DNA of 64,000 bases from positions 248,001 through 312,000 of the forward strand of contig JAWMAR010000005.1 in the NCBI GenBank assembly GCA_036785375.1, in the 5' to 3' direction. A program made the translations under genes and the position numbers. The DNA is from Leucoraja ocellata. Taxonomy: Eukaryota. Below are positions 25,130 to 39,400 of the stretch, one piece after another; the first letter of the stretch is position 1, and each line of letters starts with the position of its first letter. Under the pieces are notes generated by a model that saw only the letters and a list, made by a program, of their open reading frames with translations, made no database searches and was not told where the DNA came from.

Positions 25130-26610
25130 TACTTCTGTAATGGTCAAGAGTTCTAAGAAAAAGGCATTGGACAGGTATAGGCAACTGGGATCAAGTGGTA
25201 TCCCTGAAGGAGTTTCGGGAACTAAGCTAAAAAGGGAAATCAGAAGGGCAAAAAGGGGACAGGAGATGGCTCTGGTAGATAACACTAATGATAATCCCAA
25301 GAGATATTAAAAGCACGTAAAAGGAAAAAGGGTAACCAGTGAAAATGTGGGACCCCTCAGGAATCAAAGTGGTCAATTCTGTGTGGAGCCACAGGAGATG
25401 GGCAAGGTCCTCAACAAGTGTTTTTACCGTGGAGAAAGACAGGAGAATGGGGGATCTTGGGGTAGTACTGGAAGTGGCTTGAGAGCAGTCAGTATTATGG
25501 TCGCAGACGTGCTGAAGTTACCTAAAGCGTATGAAGATAGACAAATTTCCCGGGCCTGATCAGTTATATCCTAGGGAAACGAGGAGCCCTTGCAGAGACT
25601 TATGAATCATTATTAAATGCAGGCGAGTTGCCGGAAGACTAGAGGGAGGCAAATGTTGTGCCTCTATTCAAGAAGGGCTGCAGGGAAAAGGCTGGAAACT
25701 ACAGGCCAGTGAGCTTAACATTTGTGGTTGGAAATTTACTAGGGAGTATTCTGGGGGATACGATATATATATGCACTTTGATGGACAGGGGCTGATTAGT
25801 GATAAACATGGTTTTGTACATGGGAGGTTGTGTCGCTCAAATCTGTTTGAGTTATTTGAGGATGTGACCAAAAAGGTTGATGAAGGTAGAGCTGCGGACA
25901 TTGGATATATGTATTTTAGTAAGGCATTTGACAAGGTACCGCATGGTAGGTTGCTCTAGAAAGTTAGGTCCAATGGGATTCATGGAGATATCGATGAATG
26001 GATAGAAAATTGACTTAATTGAAAGAAGCAGAGGGTGATGGTGGAGGGTTGTTTTTTCAGACTGGAGGCCTGTGACTGGTGGTGTGCCTCAGGGTTTAAT
26101 GCTGGGCCCATTGCTGTTTGTCATCTGTATCAATAATTTGTACCAGAACGTGCATTGCATGGTTAGCTAGCTTGCAGATGACACTAAAGTGGGTGGTATT
26201 GTCGATAGTGAACATGGTTATCAAAAGTTGCAGCAGGATCTTGTTGATTGGGTAGGTGGGCTGAGCAATTGTTGATAGAATTTAATACAGAGAAATGTGA
26301 GGTGTTGCATTTGGGAGCACGAACATGGGCAGAATCTACACAGTAAATGGTAGAGCAGAGGGATTTAGGAGCACAGGTATATAGGTAATTGAAAGTGGCA
26401 TTACTGGTAGATAGGATGGTCAAAAAGGCTTTTGGCACATTGGGCTTCATCAGTTGGAGCACTGTATAGAAGTTGGGAGGTCATGTTGTACACGTATAAG
26501 ACGTTGGTGAGGCTGCATTTAGTGTCTTTTGGGAAACATGTTATGGGAAAGATGTTATCAAGATGAAAAAGAGCACAGAGAAGATTTACGAGGTTTTTGC
26601 CAGGACTCAA
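25130..26610 (+). mobile_element. Decayed CR1 LINE ORF2 (RT) fragment
   Basis: [32 protein letters not shown]-like region, many stops. Confidence 0.9.
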
Positions 26611-27362
26611 AGATAGCTTGGGACTACATCCTTAGCATAAAATTAATTTATTCTGGATCTCCCAACCTACTCACTGCGGTAGGTACCTTGTACAATTTTA
26701 TTTGGACTTTCTCTGTGTCTGTAACACTGTATTCTGTACGCTTGATATTTTTGCACTCCCTGTTGTACTTGTGCCTGGTGTGATTGTACTCATGTGTGGT
26801 ATGATTTGCATGGGTAGCACACAAAACAACGTTTTCTCACTGTATCTCAGTACACGGATTAATAATAAACTAATATCAATGCAAATGTGTGTCGGGCCAG
26901 GGAGATGGTGTCTGCCAAGGATCTGTTTTGTTGCTGGGTGAATTGTAATGGATTAAGGATGTATTTGCCAGCAAACACCTTACTCCAATTAACTTCTGCA
27001 TGCTCTTTTCTAATACTGTTAAAATTAGCCTTCCCTAATTTAAAATTTAAATTGTGGACCAGCTCTGTTCTTTCCCATAAGTATTTTAAAACGGGGCGCA
27101 GCGGTAGAGTTGCTGACTTAGAGCGTTTGCAGCGCTGGAAACCCTGGTTCATCCCGACCACAGGGTTGTACGTCCTCCCCGTGACCACGTGCGTTTTCTC
27201 CGAGATATTCAGTTTCCTCCCATGCTCCAAAGACGTACAGGTTTCTAGGTTAATTGGCTTTGATTTGCAGACTTGGTATATGTGTACATTGTCTCTAGTA
27301 TGTGTAGGCTTGTGTTAATGTGCAGACTTGGTGGGCCAAAGGGCCTGTTTCTGCGCTGTATC

Positions 27363-28401
27363 TAGCAATGTTACAAAATTTTGAGATTTAAAAAATCAAG
27401 TCTGCAATTTATCCCATCAGATAAAGCATAACAATAAGTTTAATTTGACACCTAATTCACTTTCATATCTCAAGTAATAAAAAAGTTATGGCCATTTTCA
27501 TACTCGGAAATTAGCATCTTGTTCCCTATTGATTTTCTATGGACATAACAAAAAAGCTGTGATCGTGGACAGTCAAAAGCCCATAACCTTCTTAAAAATT
27601 AAGAGAACTGAATGAAATGTTCAGTTATCATTGATTGAAGCATTCTGAAACAAATATAAAATAATCTTACTTGGATGACCTGAAATTAAAGCATATAATT
27701 AGTTAGTTACCCAATTGTAGCTAATTTCAAACATCAATTACTAGATCTAAACATCTATCAATTTCTTAATAAATGATTAACATTTTTAAATAGCCCAAGT
27801 GTCCAAATAATATTCACAAATAATTCACAATAAAACATGATTTTTAAATCTCATTTACATCAATTTATAGGCCAAATGGAAGGAATTTAGTGTTCAATTG
27901 CTGTAAATTAAAGTCAATTTAAATCAGCTTTCTAGTGGGTTCCTGTGAACGCGCTGGTTTAGAACGTTCACATTGCGCTGGATTTGTGCCCTCAAATGCC
28001 CAGAATAATACTGCGGGATATAAAGAGCCCAAAATGAACTATTCGCTATAGAAAACTTTATATACAGGGTTCTTAAGAAGCCCCATTTAATGTAAAAATA
28101 AGGTACATACCTATAATTGTTTGCTTTATAAAACCCTGGGGCTGCGAGAGGTTGCGGGTTGAGAGAGTGACTTTTAAACTACTATAACTATTATACAAGG
28201 CCATAAAAACTAATAATACCTTTTGCGACGGGGTCTTTCAGCGATTTTCCGTTAATGATTTACTAGGCTGAACATTTTCGATTGCAACAGCCTAGTAAAA
28301 ATCGCGTGTTAAACCCGCCCCCTCTAAACAGTGCCAAAATCACGCACACGGGGTAGGGCAGATACTCAGCCACGATTCAGGTAGGTTTTGTAACATACCT
28401 A
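27363..28401. mobile_element. Non-autonomous DNA transposon inserted in a SINE tail
   Basis: Imperfect TIRs TAGCAATGTTACAAAA / TAGGTATGTTACAAAA; CTGTATC duplicated at 27356-27362 and 28402-28408; related end fragment near 44570-44853. Confidence 0.8.
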
Positions 28402-29085
28402 CTGTATCTCTAAACTAAATCAAACTAAACTAATAGACCTCTGGGCATTGTTCCAAAGTGCTCCCTCACTGACATCTCAGTCACTTGCCCTGCCCTATTT
28501 CCCAAGAGGAGGTTAAGCTCTGCCCTCTCCATAGCAGAGACCTCTATTATGTGTGGTGAAACCATTCTGAACACACTCAACACATTCCATCCCATCTAAG
28601 CCTTTAACACTATTGCAGCCCAGCCTATATTAGGAAGGATAAAAGATCATACTTTGAATCGGGAAAAACTCAAGGCCAAAATGCTTCTATTGCAATTTCA
28701 TCGGTAAGTGGAGAACCACTTAAAATTACTTTGGAATTTGGGGCCAGGATATTGCCTCCAGCACCTTCGGGGTCGGCTGCAGGAAGTGTTCCTTGAGACA
28801 CAGAGACGGACGGGCGAGGAGAGGGACTTTGGTTGGTGGGCCGACCTGTTCGAGGGCGCTGGAGAATCATTGAATAAAAATCATTGAACCATCCTCAACA
28901 TTCACTCACTCCACCACAGGTACACAGTAGCAGCGGCTTGTAGCATCTTCAGGATACATTGCAGCAAGTTGTCTTCCAATCCACCCATCATACCGACCTG
29001 GAAACATATCGATGTTCCTTCACCGTTGCTGTTTCAATAACCTAGAACTCCCGCTCCCTCATAGCATTGTGGGTGTGCATTGATA

Positions 29086-30382
29086 ATGGGTGGAAATTCT
29101 GGGGAGATGTGCCCCCCACCTCCATGTTTTCTAGTATGTCGAAACATAATCTAGGCCTATTCTCCAGCCTCTTTACCCCGTAAGGGCGGAAATCGCTTTT
29201 AAAACATGGGGGGACACAATTGCTTGGCAGCCCGATGACAAGTTTGCATGACAACTAACAATTTTATCTCCTCCCATCAAAAGTTTCTTTATCTATGTTT
29301 TTGTTAGTTTGTGAAAAGTTTACGTGCATTGTTATCCCTCTCTCTCACCTCCAAGGATAGTTCTTCTGTTTACCTTTATTTGCTTCAGTCTTATTCAGTG
29401 TTATTTATCATGTTGTAACTTTTGAAAGATTTAAACGGCTAACCAAGAGAGAGAGAGAGGGAGAGAAAGAGAGAGAGAGAAAAGAACACACATAGACTTT
29501 TCACAAACTAACAAAAACATACATAAATAAACTTTTAATAAACTAACAAAAATAAATATAAACATACTTAATTTTTTAAAATTTCATATAACATCCCTAA
29601 ATTGTGGGTAAAAATGACTGAATAACGTGTGTGAATGAGGGGCTACACCTGCAAACCATCTCGACCACTGGGTCCCTTGATGATCCTCCAATATCCGTTT
29701 AAATCTTTCCCATCCACCAATACATCAAAAGTTCACAATGGGTCTGAAGGAGGGTCGAGACCCGAAACATCCCATTTTCCTTCTCTACATAGATGCTGCC
29801 TCACCCGCTGTGTTCCTCCAGCATTTTTTGTTTGCTTCCAAAGCTCAAATAGTAATTATACCCACATCAGACAGTTTTAAGAAATTCTCCCGTAAATTAT
29901 ATTCAAAGGAATGCGTCAGGAATACTTGAATGTCAAAACACAATTACATTTACTGATGAATGCATATCGATGTATTGGTTGGTGACACATCAAACTAACA
30001 GTGTTAATACGACAGTTAAAACATCGTTTTTGTCTCAGAGAAATGAAGTGATAAATGACTCCAATCGTTCTTCAGTACTCATTAAACCAGAGAGCTTTTT
30101 ATAAATGTAAAATTCCAAGGCGGTTTTGGTTCTGCTGCAATCTATTTGGTGTATTGTATGAGGAATGGATGAGCGTTTATCATTACCAAAGGATAACATT
30201 TAATTGTTTTCAGATTCTGAGCCAGCTGACAATGCATGCGGCCGCGACTCCGCAGCGCGCGGACGGATGGGAATTGATTGCAAAATACGTTTCACAAAAC
30301 ATGGGGGGGATTGTCCCCCACCTCTCAAAACATGGAGGGGACATGTCCCCCCCTGTCGTCCACCCTGGGATTTCCGTCCATG
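29086..30382. mobile_element. Non-autonomous hAT-like element with G/C-run subterminal repeats
   Basis: Inverted ends ATGGGTGGAAATTCTGGGG / CCCTGGGATTTCCGTCCAT; related right end near 62520-62603. Confidence 0.6.
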
Positions 30383-30482
30383 CCTCCCACCCACCACGGA
30401 AGGAAGCTAGCACTACACTCTTCCCAATTACGGCAGAGCTAACTGTAATTACCGTATCATGCGTACGTACGTATGCGTTCAT

Positions 30483-31176
30483 CAGGGGTCTCAAAACTAT
30501 GGCCTGTGGGCCACATATGGCCCACCCTGAGATTTTATCCGGCCCGCAGCAAGCTCAGCACAGAACGGAGCATGTGTCAGTTAGGCGTCGAGTCGATTCG
30601 AGTCGGGAACGCGGCGGCCCAGAGCTGCTCATAGTGTTGTTACCGGGTAGGTCCCTTTAATTGTCAGAACCGAGACATCTGCAGGGCTGCCGTGAAGAAG
30701 GGTGCAATGTTGGGGGACAGGAGGGTTGTTGAGCGGTAGCAAAATGGGTCGACAGCACATTATAACGTGCAATTGTTCCTCTCTGCCCTATCTGCCCTCT
30801 CTCCCTGCCCTCTCTCTCTGCCCTCTCTCTCCGCCCTCTCTCTCTGCCCTCTCTCCCTGCCCTCTCTCCCTGCCCTCTCTCTCCGCCCTCTCTCTCTGCC
30901 CTCTCTCTCCGCTCTCTCTCTCGGCCCTCTCTCTCCGCCCTCTCTCTCTGCCCTCTCTCTCCGCCCTCTCTCCCTGCCCTCTCTCTCTGCCCTCTCTCCC
31001 TGCCCTCTCTCTCTGCCCTCTCTCCCTGCCCTCTCTCTCTGCCCTCTCTCCCTGCCCTCTCTCTGCCCTCTCTCTCTGCCCTCTCTCTCCGCCCTCTCTC
31101 TCCGCTCTCTCTCTCGGCCCTCTATCTCCGCTCTCTCTCTCCCCTCTGTGCCCTCTCCCTTTGTGGCCACCCCATG
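30483..31176. mobile_element. hAT-Charlie-like non-autonomous element
   Basis: Starts CAGGGGTCTCAAAACT..GGCC repeats; ends ..GGCCACCCCATG. Confidence 0.5.
30779..31160. repeat. CT-rich minisatellite (about 13-14 bp units, CCCTCTCTCYCYG)
   Basis: Directly visible tandem array; explains the low-complexity ORFs here. Confidence 0.95.
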
Positions 31177-31333
31177 TTATAAAAACGATTTCTACCCATG
31201 CTTAGTACGGGTGTTAGACGTGATGGTGAAGGTAGGAGGATTGGGGTTGAGAGGAAAAGATAGATCAGCCATGATTGAATGGTGGAGTAGCCTTGATGGG
31301 TCAAATGGCCTAATACTGCTCTGATCATATGAC

Positions 31334-33047
31334 TAGAGCCAGGATGTTTAGGCACTAAAAAACTGAAATAGGCAGGCAAAAAGGCATAATAGAATCACAA
31401 AAAAGGCAGGAAAAAGTCATTTATTGACTAAAAAGGCATGTATTTCCGCCACAAAAATATGGGTAAAATTGATACTATATTAAATGACCAAAGTTGCCTG
31501 GTTGCACATAATTACCAGCATTGTTTTCAAATTATCTTGTGTTAAACTATGCCTTCTGTCAGACAGAATATGATTCAGTTGTGAAAAACATCTTTCTACC
31601 TCAGCTGAGGTCACTGGTGCTACCAAAAACAAGCTAGAGACTCTATATTCATGTCGATATCTTGTGCACTACAACTACCTTTGAGAACTTTAGCTATGTT
31701 TTATATTTCTTCAAGATCTTTGTTAGCTAAAATCACTCTCTCACATTTTCCTTGCATGTCTTTACCTACATCGCCAGGAATTTTACCAAAATCGTCAGTT
31801 ATTTTTTTGAAAACCTGCAAGTTATTCACTAATGTTTCGCAATGTTTCTCAAGGAAAGTGATAGCTTGTGGGAAGTTTGCAAAATTGGAAGCAATAAACA
31901 CAAGATCGCGATGGAGGGAATTTTTCTGCATGATTTCACTGACAATCCGGACTGGAGCAGATTCTTCTTCTTCAAAACAGTTGACAATATCTTTTATCTT
32001 TTCAAAATTTGCAGCATAGTAGAGTACAGCAGAGAGCCATGTACCCCACCTAGTCAAAATGGGCTGAAGAGGTAGCGGAATCTCAGGTGCCCATTGAGTT
32101 TCTCCAGCATTTTTGTCTACCTTCGATTTTCCGGCATCTGCAGTTCCTTCTTAAATATCTCCCCACAGCATCAGTTGTCTCATCTATTGAGATCCATATT
32201 TTGTTGCATGCAACTTCATCTCTAATTTTCTGCACAACAATGTTGAAGTTGCTGTTAACATAATTTTTTGTAATGATGACTCGCTTGGTATAAGTTCCTC
32301 TGTGTATTTCTCAAAAAAACCTCTGAGAGATTTGTTTTCCAATTTCCACAATGGAATTCCAGCATTAATGAATGCCCTGCACAAATCACTCGAAAACTCA
32401 GATTTGAGACTGGAGCCAGCAGTAAATGTAGTGAGGAGACAAGTTTTGGTATTTCGCTCAGGTAGCCTGCACCCCAACATTGACTTCTCTAATTTTAGAT
32501 AGCCCTTGTCTTCTCCCTCCTCCCCCTCTGCCTTCTCAGCTCTCCTTCTAGTCCTACTGTCTTCGCCTCTTCCTTACCTTTTCCCGCCCCACCCCCCACA
32601 TCAGTCTGAAGAAAGGTCTCGACCCGAAATGCCACCTATTCCTTCTCTCCAAAGATTCTTCCTCACCCGTTGTTTCTCCAGCATTTGTCGTCTACTTCCG
32701 TTTTTCCAGCATCTGCAGTTCTTTCTTAAATAGATCTTGGAGAAGACTGGACCAGCGGGCAGCGGCACGAACGAATGAACGACCAATGGTGGCGCCCCTG
32801 GTTTTGCCCGGTGATGGAAGTTTTCTTGTAAGTCATACTATGTTCACACGTTAAAAAAACATTAATATTAATGTGTTAACATAGAAAACATAATTGTAAT
32901 CACGGTACAACTAGAGAAAATATCTCAACCTTTTGGCAAAACGGCAGAAATAAGTTGATTTAGGCACGTGAAAAAGGCATTATCCTGGTGAAATCATCAA
33001 AAAAGGCATAAAAAGGCAACGGAATTTATGGCAAAATCCTGGCTCTA
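31334..33047 (-). mobile_element. Decayed hAT-type DNA transposon with CGGBP1-like transposase fragments
   Basis: TIRs TAGAGCCAGGAT at both ends; ORF pieces DLCRAFINAGIPLWKLEN..FFEKYT and TRWGTWLSAVLYY; subterminal AAAAGGCA repeats. Confidence 0.82.
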
Positions 33048-35394
33048 ATAATCACAAATCCACTTTCGGGACCTGCACGCAGAGTCGCCTGACTACAGCA
33101 CCATAGACCAGTTAGAATATTCAAAGTCTTTTTTTCCAGGGTAGAAATGTCAAACATTAGATATCAAGGCTTTAAGATGAGAGTAGGAAAGTTTAAAGAA
33201 TATATATGAGGCAAGTTCTTGTTTTCACAGAGTGTTAGGTTCCTGGAACACATTGCCGGGGGAAGTGGTGGAGGCAGATCTGAGTGGTAGTTAATAGTCA
33301 TTTAGACAAAGATATTAACAAGTAGAGAATGGTGAGACCATGTGCAGGCAGATGGGAATAGTTTAAATTGGCATCATGTTCGACACAGATATGGTGGGTC
33401 AAAGAACCTTTCCCTCTGCTGTACTGTTCTATGCTTGTGTGAAACACTTGATCAGAGTACTACATTTTAAGAAAGGAGGAGATAGGAAGAGAGCTTGGGT
33501 GGGGGGTGGGAGGGGGGAGTGGTGGAAAGAGTGGGGAGGTCGGAAGTGGGGGTAATGAGAGGTGCATGTTAAAGGCATAATGACCATCAATAGCTGACTG
33601 AAAGCAAGGAGGAATATACGAGAGGCCAGCATGTAAGTGTTTTCAGACAATTTTTAGGATGATCAATCCAACGAGGAATGGATCTTCATAAGCTATAGGA
33701 ACAGAATTAGGCCATTCGGCCCATCAGGTCTACTTGGCCATTCAATCATAGCTGATCTATCTTTTCCTCTCAACCCCATTATCCTGCCTTCTCCCCATAA
33801 TCTCTGACACCCGTAGTAATCAAGAATCTGTCAATCTCCCCCTTAAAAAAATCCATTGACTTGGCCTCCACAGATATCTGGGGCAATGAATTCCACAGAT
33901 TCACCACACTCTGACTAAATAAATTCCTCCTCATCTCTTTTCTAAAGGCCTCTAGTCCTAGACTCTCCCACTGGTGGAAACACCCTCTCCACATCCATTC
34001 TATCCAGGCCTTTCACTATTAGAATCTGGCACAACAATGGGAAGTTTTATATGAGGCCACCTAAAGTTGGGCAGAGAGGAGGTGTGTGATGAGTAACCAA
34101 ATTTTTCAAGAGACAATATCATCCTGAAATCGGAATTTATTCACATTGGTAAATGTATTTTTAACAAGCAGTGGAAGAGGAAGTCAACTCTAAAGAAAAC
34201 CACATCTGCTTATTATTAACCATATAACCATATAACAATTACAGCACGGAAACAGGCCATCTCGACCCTTCTAGTCCGTGCCGAACACATAATCTCCCCT
34301 AGTCCCATTATTCTTTTTAAATGCTAACTCTCGAGTCTTTCTTGATGCATGTGAGTTAAGTACTATTGACAAAAAGGCAGGTGAACTACATTTACGATGA
34401 GAGTGCAGAAATTTAAGGGTGCCTCTGGACAAGAAATTGTGCAATCTGTCAAGTAACATATTTCAGAAGAGGGAAATTACAATATAAATGACGGTACGAA
34501 TTTCTGTTTTATCCTGTCCATTTTTGCAATTTCACTGAAGAGAAAGTAATGAGGTTATAAACTAGCATTCTCAATTTTCCACTTTTGCCAGAAAGTTTCT
34601 CTCTGCCCTGTCCAAAACCAGTTACAAGTTTGACCACAGTGCGCAGGTTTTCAGTTTAGTTTAGTTTACAGATACAGCATGGTAACAGGCCCTTCGGTCA
34701 ATCCGTGCCGACCAGCAATCACCCAAACACTGGGTGGCATGGATGCACAGTGGTAGAGTTGCTGCCTTACAGTGGAAAAAAAACACGGGTTCAATCCTGA
34801 CTACAGTTGTAGTTTGTACCTTCTCTCTATGACCAAGTGGGCTTTCTCCGGGTGCTCCGGTTTCTTCCAACGCTCCAAAGACGTACAGGATTGTAGGTTA
34901 ATTGGCTTTGGTAAAAATTGTAACATTTTCCCTAGTATGTAGGATAGTGCTGGTGTATGGTGTGATCACTGGTCGGCATGGAATCGGTGGACTGAAGGGC
35001 CCGTTTTCACACTATATTGCTAAAGGCTAAAGAAAAAATTAAAGACTAGTTCTATCCTGCACACTGGGGATAATTTATAGCTGCCAATGAACCTGGATAG
35101 TTTTGTAGTTTCCTCTAATCAGTTTATATATTTGTTCTTCTAAATCATCCTGGTTTTTGGAGGGCCCATTATATCATCCCGTCAGCATGATTGTGCCTTT
35201 GTTTATTGTGAACTCTACCCGCTGTGAATAAACTATCCACAGTGGATTAATCCTCTAGTATGTCCTCTCCAAGTGCCACTGTGAACTTCTCCCTAATCAG
35301 TAATGCATTTCCCCCACGTCAGAACAAAACTTCCTGCTTGATCAGGAACCATCAGCACAGGAGCACCTCAAGGCTGGGTGCTCAGACCCATACT

Positions 35395-36488
35395 TAAAAA
35401 GGGAGGGAGATAGACAATGGGGAATTACAGACCAGTTAGTCTAACTTCGGTAGTGGGGAAAATGATATAGTCAGTTACTAAAGATGGGATAGCAGCACAT
35501 TTGGAAAGTGTTGAAATCATTGGACAAAGTCAGCATGGATTTATTAAAGGTAAATCATGTCTGACGAATCTTTTTGAGGATGTAACTAGTAGAGTGGATA
35601 AGGGAGAACCAGAGGATGTGTTATATCTGGACTTTCAGAAGGCTTTCGACAAGTGGTGAATTCATTGGACAAAGTCTACATGGATTTATGAAAGGTAAAT
35701 CATGTCTGACGAATCTTATAGAATTTTTCGAGGATGTAACTAGTAGAGTGGATAAGGGAGAACCAGTGGATGTGTTATATCTGGACTTTCAGAAGGCTTT
35801 CGACAAGGTCCCACATTAGAGATTAGTATGCAAACTTAAACCACACGGTATTGGGGGTTCAGTATGGATGTGGATAAAGAACTGGCTGGCAGACAGGAAG
35901 CAAAAAGTAGGAGTAAACGGGTCCTTTTCAGAATGGCAGGCAGTGACTAGTGGGGTACCGCAAGGCTAAGTGCTGGGACCCCAGCTATTTACAATATATA
36001 TTAATGATTTGGACGAGAGAATTGAATGCAACATCTCCAAGTTTGTGGATGACACGAAGCTGAGGGGCAGTGTTAGATGTGAGGAGGATGCTAGGAGGCT
36101 GCAAGGAGACTTGGATAGGTTGGGTGTGGGCAAATGCATGGCAGATGCAGTATAATGTGGATAAGTGAGGTTATCCACTTTGGTGGCAAGAACAGGAAAG
36201 TAGACTATTATCTGAATGGTGGCCAATTAGGGAAAGAGGTGATGCAACGAGACCTGGGTGTCATGGCACACCAGTCATTTAAAGTAGGCATGCAGGTGCA
36301 GCAGGCAGTGAAGAAAGTGAATGGTATGTTAGCATTCATAGCAAAAGGGTTTGAGTATAGGAGCAGGGAGGTTCTACTGCAGTTGTACAGGGCCTTGGTG
36401 AGCCCTCACCTGGAGTATTGCGTACAGTTTTGGTCTCCTAATCTGAGGAAAGACATTCTTGCCATCGAGTGAGTACAGAGAAGGTTCA
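35395..36488 (+). mobile_element. CR1 LINE RT fragment, host of the Gypsy insertion; resumes at 41200-41546
   Basis: [60 protein letters not shown]. Confidence 0.92.
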
Positions 36489-39400
36489 TGTAAAGGGACT
36501 CAGTCTGACACACTGTAGCCTTTACTAGAGCCTTTATTATAGCACATGGCACACACGTCCCAGCACTGGCTGCATCCAGCCTTCAGGTGTACCAGGACAA
36601 AATGGGAGGAAGGAAGGGGAGGAGATCATAGTTATACTGATATGAGAGGGCGTGGTAATGGTGATGAGGTAGCTACATTATAGGTTGCATGCATAAACCA
36701 TCTACATCCTTTCCCATACAATTTAAACAAGGTTGCAAGAATAGCAGGTTAATTATACAGGACCTGCAAAACTAAGCGAAGTCTCCGTAGCGATCCGGAG
36801 CTTTGACAATCCGACCCGAGCGAGTGCGCACAGCACCCTCACCCTCCCCACCCGAAAGAAGAGAGGGCAGAACGGGAACAGGAACAGGGGGGAGAGAGAA
36901 GGCCGGCGGGGACCCCAGCTGCAAGGGGGAACCGGCAGGCACCGGGGAACCAGGTGAGAGAGAGAGGGAGGAACGAACGGCAGGTGGAGAGAGAGAGAGA
37001 CGGGCAGGAGGCGAGCGGACTGGAGAGCGGAAACCGGGAAGGGCAGAGGGAGGAAGGCGAGGGACGCGAACCGACCGAGGCATGTTACGGGCAGAGGGCA
37101 TGTTACTGGAGGGGGTACCGCAGGCGGGGGAGAATAAGGAACAGCAGGAGGAGGTTTCGGCTCTCTGACTGCCAACAGGTGCTGGCGGCTGCGCCGGTAG
37201 ATAGTGCCCTCATAGTCCACCAAGTAGGAACGCGGCGAATCGTCGACCCCCACCACGGTAGCGAGCTTGGAGAAACTGGTGGATGTCTGCTACCGGACGA
37301 CCTGGCCTGGCAGTAGTGGGGAGAGAGGACGGCTGGACTTGTCGTGCGAGCGGCGCTGGATTTCGTGCTTCTGAGCAATGCGCTGCTGGACGGCAGAAGG
37401 CTGCAGGACCCTGGGCACCAGAGACTGCTGGGCAATCGGCATCGGAGGGTGAATAACGCGGGACATGAGCCGTTGGGCAGGCGATTTCATGGTACTGTCT
37501 CTGGATATATTCTGAAGGTTCAACAACCCCTGGTAGAAATCACCATTAGAGAGATAGGACTGTTCGAGCAGGTGCTTTGCACTGCGCACAGCGCGCTCAG
37601 CCAGGCCATTGCTCTGCGGGTACTCTGGACTGCTGGTGTAATGATCGGTTCCACTTCGCAGCGAAGGTTTTAAACTCAGCGCTAGTGAACTGGCGGCCGT
37701 TGTCAGTCTGTAACCGGACAGGAGATCCAAACGTTGCGAAGTGGCGACGGAGCTTGCTGATGACCATCTCCGAGGTGATGGCAGGGAGAAGGTCCACCTC
37801 GAACCAATTTGAGTAAGAATCTACCAAAACGAGGTACTGCTTTCCACGCCATTCAAAAATGTCGGCATCCAGCGAGGACCAAGGCATGTCAGGGGCAGGC
37901 TGTTGTAGCAGCGGCTGACGCTGCTGATGCGGGGCAAGAGAGTTGCAGTCCGGGCAGGAGGCCACTCTGGCCTTGATGTACTTCGCCATGCCCGGCAAAT
38001 AGTACTGTTCCTGGGCATGCGAGACGGTGGCGTCAGCCCCAGGATGCCCCATGTGGGCAGCATTGAAGTACAGGTCGTATAGTGAGGTAGGGACGACTAC
38101 TTTGTGGCTCTTGATGATAATGCCATCGATGAGCACCAGCTCATCACGAACCAGGAAGAAGGGGTGAACGCCAGCAGGTAAAGAGGTGCGTTTGACAGGC
38201 CATCCATGCCTGATGACAGCGGCAAGCTGTTGTAGATCGGGGTCGTCGGCGGTGTGTGCAGCCAGGCGTTGGAGCTGCTTGGAAGGGACGAAATTCACGT
38301 TCAGCACCTGTAGGTCATCCTGTTCGAAGGGGTGTTGGTCGCGTGAGGTCCGGGGGGCCCGGGACAGCGCATCAGCCACATGCATCTTTGTGCCCCTTTT
38401 GTAGACGATTTTAAAGTCAAAGCGCTGCAGCTGCAGCATCATTCGCTGCAGCCTTGCGGGAGCAACGTGGATAGGTTTGTTTAGGATCGTCACCAGAGGT
38501 TGGTGATCCGTCCCGACAGTGAAACTGTTGCCAAAATGGAAGTCTCGAAACTTTGAACAAGCGAACACAACCGCCAGAAGCTCCTTCTCAATCTGCGCGT
38601 AGCGCTGCTCCGTGTCCGTCATGGTCCTAGAGGCATAGGAGACCGGCTGTAGAGAACCATCATCATGCGGCTGCAGACAAGCAGCACCCAGGCCAAAACG
38701 TGAGGCGTCACACGTTACCACCACAGGACGCTGCAAATCAAAGAACCTCAGAGTGGGTGTGCTGATCAACTTTTTCTTCAGCAGGTCGAAAGCATGCTGG
38801 TGGTGTGGGAACCAGGACCAGGCAATGTCTTTTTTAGTAAGCTGTCTTAGGGGTGCGTTCAGCTCGCTGAGGTCAGGAATAAACTTGCCCAGGTAGTTGA
38901 GCATGCCCAGGAAGCGCTGTAGACCGGCAATATCCGTGGGGGCAGGCAGTTCGGAGATGGCATTCGTCTTTTGCGGGTCGGGCTTCAACGCATTGGCCGT
39001 GAAAATGTGGCCAACGTACGGGACCTCAGGTACATGGAAACGGCATTTTGATGGGTTCAGCTTGAGATTTACATGCCTGGCGCGGTCCAGGATTCTGCGG
39101 AGGTGGCGGTCATGCTCAGCCACATCTCTGCCGTAGACCAGAATGTCGTCCACAATAATCGCACAGGGCAGACCTGCAAACAGTTGCTCCATAGAGCGCT
39201 GGAATACCTCACTAGCGGAGTTGATGCCGAACGGCATCCGTAAGAATTTAAACCTGCCGAAGGGTGTACCGAAGGTTGTTAAGTCAGAGGAGCGTTTGTC
39301 CAGGGGTATTTGCCAAAATGAACTCCTGGCGTCGAGGACGGAAAACACCGTTGCTTGTCCGACTTGGGTGGCGAAGTCTTCAACGGTCCGCATTGGGTAG

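Noticed and set aside
30702-31324. Long ORFs rich in L/S/P or E/R
   Set aside because: Translations of a CT minisatellite
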